Below, piece after piece: positions 18,560-27,270 of a DNA stretch of 64,000 nucleotides; the stretch's first letter is position 1, and every line of letters starts with the position of its first letter. Location: assembly GCA_963840035.1 (NCBI GenBank), contig CAWIXE010000003.1:160001-224000 (forward strand), in the 5' to 3' direction. The position numbers and the translations under genes are program-made. The notes below the pieces were generated by a model, which saw only the letters and a list, made by a program, of their open reading frames with translations, searched no databases and was not told the origin of the DNA. Source of the stretch: a candidate division FCPU426 bacterium. GTDB lineage: Bacteria > Oederibacteriota > PGYV01 > Palsa-1178.

Positions 18560-20268
18560 GGCAGCTCCTCCAAGGAAAGCTGGGAGGAGACTATCTCGCG
18601 GTAAACCGGGCATGATTTCATCAGCTCTTTATGGCTGCCGTTTCCGGCTATGTTACCTTCATCAAGGACGATTATCCTGTCGGCGTCAAGTATCGAAGCC
18701 ACACGTTGGGCTATAATTAGAACGGCCGACCCGGCTGTTTCTTTCTTAAGGGCCGCGCGAAGGGCCGCGTCAGTCTTAAAATCAAGGGCTGAAAAGCTGT
18801 CGTCAAATATGTATATCCCGGGATTTTTCGCTATGGCGCGCGCTATGGACAGGCGTTGTTTCTGGCCGCCGGAAAGGTTCTTACCGCCCTGGGCGAGAAG
18901 TGAATTCTCTTTTTCAGCCATGGAATCTATAAAATCCGCTGATTGCGATACGGAAATAGCTTTATCTATGACGGCATTTCCTCCAAATGATATATTCTCC
19001 GCCACAGTGCCTGTGAAAAGAACGGTTTTCTGCGGGGTATAACCTATCCTTCGGCGCAATTCCTCCTGCTTAAATTCCCGTACATCTACTCCATCCACAA
19101 GCACACTGCCGGAAGCGGCGTCATAAAACCTGAGAGCCAGGTTGGCCAGCGTGGATTTGCCCGAGCCGGTGCCGCCGATGACGGCTGTAACTTCGCCTGT
19201 TGCGGCTGTGAATGAGATGCTGCATAAAGCAGGTTTCTCGGCGTTATGATACTTAAAGCTAACGTCCCTGAATTCGAGCGTGGACTTAAGTGGCGGAGTC
19301 ACGGGTTCTGCCGGGTCCTTTATTGAAGGTTCCATATCCAGTATTTCATTTATCCTGGCGGCTGAGACCTGGGAACGCGGTATGAGTATGAAAAGCATGG
19401 AGATCATCATGAGCGAAAAGAGAATGAGTGTGACGTATTGTATGAAGGCAAGAATGTCGCCCACGTTCATCTTACCGGCCCCAACCCGGAGGCCGCCGAA
19501 CCATATAATGGCAAGCATTGAAAAGCTCATTATCAGCATGATGACCGGCATGGAGGCGGACATAAGGCCGGCCAGCTTCAAAGCTGTGTCAGTGAGGTCC
19601 CGGCTCGCGGTGTCAAACCTTTTGCGCTCATATGACGTCCTGTCAAAGGCGCGGACCTCACGGACCCCGGTGAGTTTCTCCCTTATGACAAGGTTCAGGG
19701 CGTCCAGTTTTTTCTGCATTTTTTTAAAGAGAGGTATGGCAAAACGCTGTACCAGAATGATAGGGCCCGCGAGCAGGGGGATGGAAAAAGCCAGGACAAG
19801 AGACAGGTGCGCGTCCCTGGATACTGCCATTATGATGCCGCCTATGCTCATGAGCGGAGCCCTGAGCATCAGGGATAACATTATTATCAGGGTCTGCTGG
19901 ACCTGAATGACGTCGTTGGTGGTCCTTGTTATAAGCGAGGAAGTGCCGATCCTGTCAAACTCGCTTAAGGAAAATCCCGAGGCTTTTTCAAAGAGCATGG
20001 AGCGCAGCTTTGCGCTGAAACCAATTGACGTGCGCGAAGATAAATAGCTTGCCCCGAATGCGCAGAGCACGCCGAGTAAGGCAATGGCCATCATGAGCGC
20101 GCCTGTCTTAAAAATGAAGGGGATGTCGTTCTTGATGACGCCTTTGTTGACAATCTCAGCCATGAAAGTGGGAAGAGACAGGTCTATGAGCGCCTGGAAA
20201 AGAAAAAGTATAGTTATGATGACGATAGTGCCCGCGTAGGGTTTTAAGTGTTTGAAAAGCTTTAACAT
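18556..20268 (-). CDS. ABC exporter half-transporter (TM287-like, degenerate site)
   Basis: GGTGSGKS, LSGGQKQR, FDDSFSALD (E to D), AQR (H to Q). Start moved to ATG 20268 (MLKLF). Confidence 0.92.
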   Translation of the reverse strand: MLKLFKHLKPYAGTIVIITILFLFQALIDLSLPTFMAEIVNKGVIKNDIPFIFKTGALMMAIALLGVLCAFGASYLSSRTSIGFSAKLRSMLFEKASGFSLSEFDRIGTSSLITRTTNDVIQVQQTLIIMLSLMLRAPLMSIGGIIMAVSRDAHLSLVLAFSIPLLAGPIILVQRFAIPLFKKMQKKLDALNLVIREKLTGVREVRAFDRTSYERKRFDTASRDLTDTALKLAGLMSASMPVIMLIMSFSMLAIIWFGGLRVGAGKMNVGDILAFIQYVTLILFSLMMISMLFILIPRSQVSAARINEILDMEPSIKDPAEPVTPPLKSTLEFRDVSFKYHNAEKPALCSISFTAATGEVTAVIGGTGSGKSTLANLALRFYDAASGSVLVDGVDVREFKQEELRRRIGYTPQKTVLFTGTVAENISFGGNAVIDKAISVSQSADFIDSMAEKENSLLAQGGKNLSGGQKQRLSIARAIAKNPGIYIFDDSFSALDFKTDAALRAALKKETAGSAVLIIAQRVASILDADRIIVLDEGNIAGNGSHKELMKSCPVYREIVSSQLSLEELP

Positions 20269-20334
20269 AAGGGTCCTTTCAAATAGTGCGCAGGAAAGGT
20301 GTTTAATAATTGAATCCAAGGTCCGGCTTTTGCG

Positions 20335-20392
20335 CTTCGACAGGCTCAGCACATTACTTTTACAATTAAAGCACATCCTGAGCTTGCCGAAG
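20335..20392. repeat. CTTCGACAGGCTCAG-type inverted repeat element
   Basis: cttcgacaggctcag (20335-20349) versus ctgagcttgccgaag (20378-20392). Confidence 0.6.
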
Positions 20393-20394
20393 GA

Positions 20395-20755
20395 TGCTGC
20401 TCTGAGATGCCCTTGCGAGCTTCAAGCGAGCAAACATTAAATTAAGGGTCCACCTTCATCTCATCTTGCCGGCTACTGCCGGCATCCAACTGAGATACGG
20501 GCGCAAGGTGGAATAATAAGTGCTGGTACGCCCGAAGGGAGTCGAACCCCTGACCAACAGATTAGAAATCTGCTGCTCTGAGATGCCCTTGCGAGCTTCA
20601 AGCGAGCAAACATTAAATTAAGGGTCCACCTTCATCTCATCTTGCCGGCTACTGCCGGCATCCAACTGAGATACGGGCGCAAGGTGGAATAATAAGTGCT
20701 GGTACGCCCGAAGGGAGTCGAACCCCTGACCAACAGATTAGAAATCTGCTGCTCT
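20395..20755 (-). repeat. 176-bp tandem repeat built from tRNA-Arg(TCT) sequence with an 80-nt insert in the D-loop
   Basis: tgctgctct recurs at 20395, 20571 and 20747. Units 20395-20570 and 20571-20746 read as identical. Interrupted tRNA copy at 20524-20680. Confidence 0.9.
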
Positions 20756-20776
20756 ATCCAACTGAGCTACGGGCGC
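20700..20776 (-). tRNA. tRNA-Arg(TCT)
   Basis: gcgcccgtagctcagttggatagagcagcagatt-TCT-aatctgttggtcaggggttcgactcccttcgggcgtacca. Confidence 0.95.
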
Positions 20777-20789
20777 AAAAAGCTTGTAA

Positions 20790-20818
20790 ATAATATATTG
20801 ATTTTTGGCGCCTGACAA
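20790..20818 (-). promoter_or_regulatory. Sigma70 promoter directly upstream of tRNA-Arg(TCT)
   Basis: TTGTCA-17 nt-TATTAT on the minus strand. Confidence 0.55.
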
Positions 20819-20829
20819 ATAATTTTTTT

Positions 20830-20907
20830 TGGGGTGGCTAACGGGATTTGAACCCGCGACCCCAAGATCCACAATCTTGTGCTCTAACCAACTGAGCTAC
20901 AGCCACC
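20830..20907 (-). tRNA. tRNA-His(GTG)
   Basis: Cloverleaf with G-1, anticodon arm caaga-tt-GTG-ga-tcttg, encoded CCA. Confidence 0.95.
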
Positions 20908-20934
20908 ACCGTATCTTATTAGTGCGTTTTAGTA

Positions 20935-21010
20935 TGGTGCGCCTGGAGGGAATTGAACCCCCGCACATGGCTTCGGAGGCCAATGCTCTGATCCACTGAG
21001 CTACAGGCGC
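20935..21010 (-). tRNA. tRNA-Arg(CCG)
   Basis: gcgcctgtagctcagtggatcagagcattggcct-CCG-aagcca...ttcaattccctccaggcgcacca. Confidence 0.93.
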
Positions 21011-21126
21011 AAGTTAATTATTAATATTATACTGTAAATATTCCAAAAAATCCTTTAAAAAAGCGTTCTTCTACTATCACCTTTCTACTATCTACTCTCT
21101 CCAAATTTTCGGGTTTCATGAAAATT

Positions 21127-21203
<77 letters not shown>

Positions 21204-21349
21204 ATCTCATTAATTTTATATTATAAAGAAGAATCGGGGTGTGTACGGGAAAACCATTAGTATTACCTTCATTAATGTCATTTTCCCGGACTACACCCAA
21301 CGACGGTTTCAATATAATACACAATACAAGACATTGAAAATTACATAAG

Positions 21350-21442
21350 AATATAACAAAATCAGCCTGTAACGTCAATATATATAATAAATGAAGAAAA
21401 TGCGATTTTTTACTTGTATTTTTATGTAAAAATATATAAAAT
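21350..21442. promoter_or_regulatory. Divergent sigma70 promoters for the tRNA cluster (-) and tRNA-Lys (+)
   Basis: Minus: TTGACG(21378-73)-17-TATATT. Plus: TTGTAT(21414-19)-17-TAAAAT. Confidence 0.55.
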
Positions 21443-21469
21443 AGGTATTCCAATAGAGTCAATAAAGGT

Positions 21470-21544
21470 GGGCAGTTAGCTCAGTGGTAGAGCAGTTGAC
21501 TCTTAATCAATTGGCCGAGGGTTCGACTCCCTCACTGCCCACCA
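21470..21544 (+). tRNA. tRNA-Lys(CTT)
   Basis: gggcagttagctcagtggtagagcagttgact-CTT-aatcaatt...ggttcgactccctcactgcccacca. Confidence 0.95.
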
Positions 21545-21648
21545 AATTTTCCAGCCGGCCTCATGCGTCAATTTACCTTGCTCAATTCCGATTAATAGAA
21601 AGACAGGTTTTGTTTGCATAAATTCCAAATCATAAAGGAAATAATGTT

Positions 21649-22515
21649 ATGATAAAAAAAATACAGCGGTTAATAATAAAAGTAATTGATATGTATAAAA
21701 ATGATGGCCCGGTATGGTTGATCGCGCTGATACTGGATGTGTTGTGGGAGAAAATCCGTAGCCCTTTTAAATTACAGTCAATCAAAGTCCCGCATATAAC
21801 AAGACAAATGAACCAGACCATAGGTGTTGTAATACCCTGCAAAAATCATGCCGAATATTTAATCGAAGCAATAGATTCCGTGTATTCCAATAAAACGGAA
21901 ATTGTCATCCACTCAGTTATTGTAAATGACGGCAGTACCGACGACACTGATAAAAAAGCCGCTATGATTATGGAAAAATATCCCAATGTACAATATGTTT
22001 ATCACCCGCAAAGCATGGGTTTGCCTGCTGCAAGAAACGCCGGAATTAGCAAATTGAATACCGACTATATCTTGTGTTTGGACGCGGATGATAAAATACC
22101 CGACAACTATATCCAGTCGTGTTGCGAGCTATTGGCAACATGCGACATAGCGTATAACAACATGCAGTGTTTTGGGGCAAGTGACAGACTGTGCCGCGTT
22201 CCTGAATTTAATAAAACATTTTTAAAACGTCAGAATTTCATTCATTGCAGCGCTATTTACCGTAAAAGCATGTGGAGCAAGTTAAATGGATATGATGAAA
22301 CAATGAAAATCGGCTGGGAGGATTATGAGTTTTGGATACACGCATATCTAAATGGTTATACCTTCCGTAAAAATCATGACACTTTCCTTTACTACAGAAA
22401 ACATAAAAGCAGCCTTCTAACAACGTCAATTATGAATGCTCCAAAATTGCAGGGTTATTTGAAAAGTAAATATCCCGATTTTTACATAGGCAAAAATAGC
22501 GTGATAAGTTCGTAA
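21649..22515 (+). CDS. Family 2 glycosyltransferase
   Basis: VVIPCKN, VNDGSTD, ARNAG, LDADD, EDYEFW. AT-rich. Confidence 0.9.
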   Translation: MIKKIQRLIIKVIDMYKNDGPVWLIALILDVLWEKIRSPFKLQSIKVPHITRQMNQTIGVVIPCKNHAEYLIEAIDSVYSNKTEIVIHSVIVNDGSTDDTDKKAAMIMEKYPNVQYVYHPQSMGLPAARNAGISKLNTDYILCLDADDKIPDNYIQSCCELLATCDIAYNNMQCFGASDRLCRVPEFNKTFLKRQNFIHCSAIYRKSMWSKLNGYDETMKIGWEDYEFWIHAYLNGYTFRKNHDTFLYYRKHKSSLLTTSIMNAPKLQGYLKSKYPDFYIGKNSVISS

Positions 22516-22653
22516 CAAATTTACAAACATATAGATTCAATGAAAATACAATCACAAACAAAATGATTAAAACGTTCTTTTTAAATTCTATTTGAAATGA
22601 ACCGGTGAGAAAAACTAAAAAGCATAAATACGGATTTATCAACAGTTTTTATT

Positions 22654-23328
22654 TTAAATAAACTTCAGCTTCTTAATCTGTGTTATGACAAATTTCATGA
22701 TGGGATTTTTTTTGATGATGTTAAGAAACTTCTCCCTGTTACTTTGCCAAGAATATGCCCACCAATGAATGGAATATGTTTTGTCTGTTATTTTGCCGGG
22801 ATCATACATTTCATTATAATAAAAAGGGTAGAAATATTCCCGCTCATAAATCTTGACGGCTTTTCTTTCCTCGCTGTCCTGAAGCTTATAAACTTCAGTT
22901 ATGATGTTTGGCAGGGTATCAAATTTTCTTAACCCCTGATATTTTAATATGCACTTTTTTAAAAAGCTATTATTTTTCTTTGAACCTATTACGGCGCCAT
23001 TAATGATATTGTCTGCTTCATATCCAAGAAATATATTATTGCGTAATAATGCATCAAAATTTTTCATTACTTCCACGTCCGTATCAAAATATAAGCCGCC
23101 GAATTCATTTAGTATTTTGAGCCTGGCATAGTCGCTTGCAAAAGCCCATTTTTTTTCTGCGGCTGCTTTTTTTGTATAATAAATTGAATTGACGTCAAAA
23201 TTCGTTTCGTTCCACTCAATTATATCGTAATCCGGCATGTATTTTTTCCATGATTCAATGCATTTGGTGTGCAATGAATTCTTTAAAGATTTTCCAAACC
23301 AACAATAATGTATGATTTTAGGAATCAA
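22654..23328 (-). CDS. GT32/OCH1-like DxD glycosyltransferase
   Basis: IPKIIHYCWFG, ASDYARL, GGLYFDTD, IHWWAYSW. TTG start, AT-rich. Confidence 0.9.
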   Translation of the reverse strand: MIPKIIHYCWFGKSLKNSLHTKCIESWKKYMPDYDIIEWNETNFDVNSIYYTKKAAAEKKWAFASDYARLKILNEFGGLYFDTDVEVMKNFDALLRNNIFLGYEADNIINGAVIGSKKNNSFLKKCILKYQGLRKFDTLPNIITEVYKLQDSEERKAVKIYEREYFYPFYYNEMYDPGKITDKTYSIHWWAYSWQSNREKFLNIIKKNPIMKFVITQIKKLKFI

Positions 23329-23651
23329 TATTGCTCACCCCGATCATATTCGCAGTAGTATCCTCAAACAATGATTAATTGCATTGAATTATATCAGACA
23401 TAAGAATTTTTATAAAGCGTATTCTTATTAATCGGTGCCGCCGCGGAACAATTAAAAACAGCCGTTAATCTTTATGCGCGATATGACGATATTTGCGAAG
23501 GGCCGTATAACGTATTTTTAATTTTGATTGCGTATTTTTAAAATTACTATATAATATTAACGATTATTCGGTTTTAAACCGCTATTTTACATATGGAATT
23601 AGCTTTGATTTTTGGTATAAGATTCATTTTAAAAACACATAAGGGGTCTTC

Positions 23652-25505
23652 ATGGGAAAAAAATCAGCACCGTCCAAATCTCCCGTAAAATCAAAAACAG
23701 CGCACAGGCGCATCATCATTTTAATCGGCATTATAGCGACGGTTTTTTCGGTCATTATTACCCGTATCGGTATTTTCAGCACACTTGAGGACAGGTCCAT
23801 AGACTGGCGTTTTAAGGCCAGGGGGCCGGTAGCGGTCAAGGCGCCGGTGGTTATCGTGGCCATAGACGATGAGTCCTTTGACAAAATGCCTGAGCGCTGG
23901 ACCTGGCCGAGGAGCTTCTATTCCAAAGCGGTGCAGAACCTGAAAAAGTGGGGGGCAAAAGCAGTGGCCTTCGATGTGGTCTATTCTGAACCCACCACAT
24001 CCAACCCGAAGGAAGACGACGCCTTTGCCGCCGGAATCAAAAAAGTTAACAACGTTATCCTCGGCATGAGGTTCATATTTACCTCAAATGAAAAAGGCGA
24101 GTCCACCACGCTGGAACTGCCCATTGACAAGCTTAAAATCGCTTCCAGGGCAGTCGGGCTTGTTCACCATGTTTTTGACACGGATACGCACGTAAGAAAA
24201 AGCTATCTGCGCCTGGATTACCAGGGCAAGAAATATTTCTCCCTTATGCTCCGCACGCTTGGGGTTTATTACGGCCTGAAAGAAAAAGACATGGCAATGG
24301 GCGGCGGTTTTCTCACCTGGGGAGATATGAAGCTGCCTGTCTATGAAGGCAATAAGTTCTTCATTAATTATTCCGGGCCTCCTGGGACCATGCCGACAAT
24401 CCCTTTTTATAAGGTATACTATGGCGAAAACATCAAACCGGAAACATTTAAGGACAAGATAGTCTTAATCGGCGCGACCTCCGACATCCTGCACGACGTG
24501 TTCATAACCCCGTTCTCGGAATCAGGCAACATGATGCCAGGGGTTGAAATACACGCCAATGTTTTAAACACTATATTTTCCAAAAATTTCATAACGGAAA
24601 TGGATGATATTTCAGGGTTCCTGCTGGTCCTTATAATAGGAATTGTTACAAGCTTCCTTATATTCAGCATACCCACGCTGCAGGGTATGGCTGTTGTCGC
24701 TGCTGAGATATTTATATACCTGTTTTTAACGCGCTATTTCTTTGATAAACATAATTTTATCATAGATCTGGTAGACCCCATATTTACCATGGTTTTTTGT
24801 TATCTGACAATGAGCACTTATAAAGTGGCCGTGGAAGAAAAGGAAAAAAGGAAAATTAAGGATGTTTTTTCCAGGTATGTGTCTTCGAACCTGGTTGAGG
24901 AGCTTTTAAACCAGGAAATCAAGCTAGGCGGCGAGAAAAAAGAGATATCCGTGCTTTTCTCCGATATCCGCGGGTTTACATCGATGTCGGAAAAGATGCA
25001 GCCGGAAGAAGTGGTAGCCATACTTAACGAGTACTTAACCGAGATGACGGATACTATTTTCAAGAATATGGGCACGCTGGATAAGTTCATCGGCGACGCG
25101 GTCATGGCCCTTTTCGGCACGCCGGCGTTTTACAAGGACCACGCCCTGCGCGCGTTAAAGACCGCGTTTATGATGAAGGGCCGGCTAAATGACCTGAATG
25201 AAAAGTGGATTTCCGAAGGTAAAAACACCCTGCGCATCGGCATCGGCATCAATACCGGCGAAGTTATCGCGGGCAATATGGGGTCCATGAAAAGGATGGA
25301 ATACACGGTCATAGGCGACACCGTAAACCTCGCGTCCAGGCTGGAATCGCTTAACAAGGACCTGGGAACGGAAATAATAATCAGCTCATCCACATATGAA
25401 CAGGTAAAGGACTATGTGAAAGTAAAGAAGTTTACAGACATTAAGGTCAAAGGCAAGGAAGAATACCTTACTGTCTATGAAGCGCTGGAACTTATAAATC
25501 AATAG
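23652..25505 (+). CDS. CHASE2-domain class III adenylate cyclase
   Basis: VAIDDES, WPRS, FDVVYSE, PGVEIHA, TM helices, FSDIRGFT, DKFIGDA, YTVIGDTVNLASRLE (K/T residues indicate ATP specificity). Confidence 0.93.
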   Translation: MGKKSAPSKSPVKSKTAHRRIIILIGIIATVFSVIITRIGIFSTLEDRSIDWRFKARGPVAVKAPVVIVAIDDESFDKMPERWTWPRSFYSKAVQNLKKWGAKAVAFDVVYSEPTTSNPKEDDAFAAGIKKVNNVILGMRFIFTSNEKGESTTLELPIDKLKIASRAVGLVHHVFDTDTHVRKSYLRLDYQGKKYFSLMLRTLGVYYGLKEKDMAMGGGFLTWGDMKLPVYEGNKFFINYSGPPGTMPTIPFYKVYYGENIKPETFKDKIVLIGATSDILHDVFITPFSESGNMMPGVEIHANVLNTIFSKNFITEMDDISGFLLVLIIGIVTSFLIFSIPTLQGMAVVAAEIFIYLFLTRYFFDKHNFIIDLVDPIFTMVFCYLTMSTYKVAVEEKEKRKIKDVFSRYVSSNLVEELLNQEIKLGGEKKEISVLFSDIRGFTSMSEKMQPEEVVAILNEYLTEMTDTIFKNMGTLDKFIGDAVMALFGTPAFYKDHALRALKTAFMMKGRLNDLNEKWISEGKNTLRIGIGINTGEVIAGNMGSMKRMEYTVIGDTVNLASRLESLNKDLGTEIIISSSTYEQVKDYVKVKKFTDIKVKGKEEYLTVYEALELINQ

Positions 25506-25568
25506 GAATGCGAAGCGGCGTCATATCCGCCCCATGCGCAGATACGTAATAAATCCCGGAGGCAGTCT

Positions 25569-26693
25569 ATGAAAAAAACAGCATGTTTTATTTTTTTACT
25601 TATTCTTTCCTCGGCTTTATACGGAGCGGCCAATGACTGCGCCTGCGCCATATACCCGGCAATGGAAGTTTTAAAATCCGGTTATAAGGCCGCGGGTCCC
25701 TCTGATTCCGTCCTTTCAATCAACGGCAGCAGGTTCTACCTTAAAAAAGGTTCTGAAATAAAGGTGGAAAATTGCGGAAAACCAAAGCAGCGGGTGATAC
25801 TGGTAAAGGGAAGCGTGCTGGTAATATCGCCGCAGGCAGCAGCGGAAGTAAAATCCGGGGACATTGTCATAAAAACCAGAAATGCTGTTTTCTTTGTTGA
25901 TGAAAATACAGCAAAAGTCTACCAGGGATCTTTCAGATATACAGGCAGGAAAGGATCCTTCGCTGTTGCCCAGGGAAATAGCGTTAATTTTAAAACGAAT
26001 AAAATATTTGTTCTTTATGATTCTTCCGGAACCGCACCTGAGGATTGGGCTGACGGTATATTGGATAAGTGGAAGGTTGTAATTGCATTTATACCCGAAA
26101 TGGAGCAAAAATACCGCCCACAGGCAGAGGCGTTTTTTAGGTCCGCTTTCAGCGGTTATTTTTTTAACAGGCTGATAAGCTACAAGTATAACAAAAATGA
26201 GGCTCCGGATTTTAATGTTAAAATAAATGGCGATATAGATGAAAAGAATCAGGTTAAGGTTAAGGCAGTAATTGAGAATACAGCTACAGGCGGTATTACA
26301 GCCATTGTTCAGGAAAATCAGGGAGCGGCAGGCAATGATGATAAGGCGAAAAATGATGCCATGCAGACGGCATTGATAAAGGCGGCGGCCGGGGTCGGGG
26401 AGAAAATAAATTCATATTATCAGGAAGTAATCAGGTCAGGTACAGCCGTTTACATTGAGCTTTCAGGGTTAAATCAGGAACAATATGATGAAATAAAGGA
26501 ATCTATTTCAGGGGTGCCAGGAATAAACATCATAAAAGAAAGGGCTTTTTACGGACAAAAGAGGATTATTGAGGTGAATTACCCGGGGACAGGCGCGGAT
26601 CTGACTTTTATAATAAATGGCATGTCTTTCAAAAAAAGTTCAATAAATATATGGAAATATTCGCAAAATGTAGTAAAATTAAGTAAAATATAG
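25569..26693 (+). CDS. Secreted hypothetical protein with a FecR-like N-terminal region
   Basis: Signal peptide. The pattern LVKGSV...IKTRNAVFFV...VYQGSF...VAQG resembles FecR beta repeats, and it sits next to a CHASE2 cyclase. Confidence 0.5.
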   Translation: MKKTACFIFLLILSSALYGAANDCACAIYPAMEVLKSGYKAAGPSDSVLSINGSRFYLKKGSEIKVENCGKPKQRVILVKGSVLVISPQAAAEVKSGDIVIKTRNAVFFVDENTAKVYQGSFRYTGRKGSFAVAQGNSVNFKTNKIFVLYDSSGTAPEDWADGILDKWKVVIAFIPEMEQKYRPQAEAFFRSAFSGYFFNRLISYKYNKNEAPDFNVKINGDIDEKNQVKVKAVIENTATGGITAIVQENQGAAGNDDKAKNDAMQTALIKAAAGVGEKINSYYQEVIRSGTAVYIELSGLNQEQYDEIKESISGVPGINIIKERAFYGQKRIIEVNYPGTGADLTFIINGMSFKKSSINIWKYSQNVVKLSKI

Positions 26694-26787
26694 CATTTTT
26701 GCCTATAGATGCTTAAAAAACAGCTTAATGCTGCGCAGGATAATTGTTTCTATTTTTTTGTTGTTATTATAATAGTTATGCTATCCA

Positions 26788-27032
26788 TCTTCCTCCCCTT
26801 TCCAAGGGGAGGACACAGGTGGGGATGAAGTTAAATGCTGTTGGTTCTTTGTTGTAACATATTGATGCTGTATTTGAGTCTTTATGTTAGGTTGTGCCCG
26901 CCACAGACCTGTTTTATTTATGGATTGCGCAGTAGCGCAGGCCGTAAATAAAACAGGTCTGCAGAGGGCACAAGTGAACGGAAAAAAAGGCTATCCCCAC
27001 CCTGGCCCTCCCCTTATGAATAAGGGGAGGGA
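26788..27032. repeat. Composite palindromic element: two C/G-rich REP-like ends enclosing an ~80-nt hairpin
   Basis: cctcccc-tttccaa-ggggagg, hairpin 26892-26973, cctcccctt...aaggggagg. Confidence 0.65.
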
Positions 27033-27060
27033 AAAGGTAGATAAACCTTTTATGATAGGA

Positions 27061-27145
27061 GCGAGCATGGTGAAATTGGCAGACACGCCAGACTTAGGAT
27101 CTGGTGCCGCAAGGCGTGGGGGTTCAAGTCCCTCTGCTCGCACCA
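27061..27145 (+). tRNA. tRNA-Leu(TAG)
   Basis: ccaga-ct-TAG-ga-tctgg, long variable arm, CCA end, usual position upstream of tig. Confidence 0.95.
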
Positions 27146-27270
27146 GGATTTTCGGCTTTAGCCGAAAATCCTGAGAAGTTAAAGAGACAAGAGAATGGAG
27201 ACAAGAAGCAGAAATACCGGACAAAACTAACAGGGCTTTAGGCCCCTACATCTTAAGGAGGAACTAAGTT

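Noticed and set aside
16688..20268. Degenerate ATPase motifs as a sign of pseudogenisation
   Set aside because: One consensus site plus one degenerate site is the normal pattern for heterodimeric ABC exporters.
20395..20755. Prophage or island att duplication of a tRNA 3' end
   Set aside because: The whole tRNA including its 5' half is repeated in tandem, with no integrase or cargo in between.
26884..27224. ORFs 26884-27174(+) and 26991-27224(-)
   Set aside because: They overlap tRNA-Leu and palindromic repeats.
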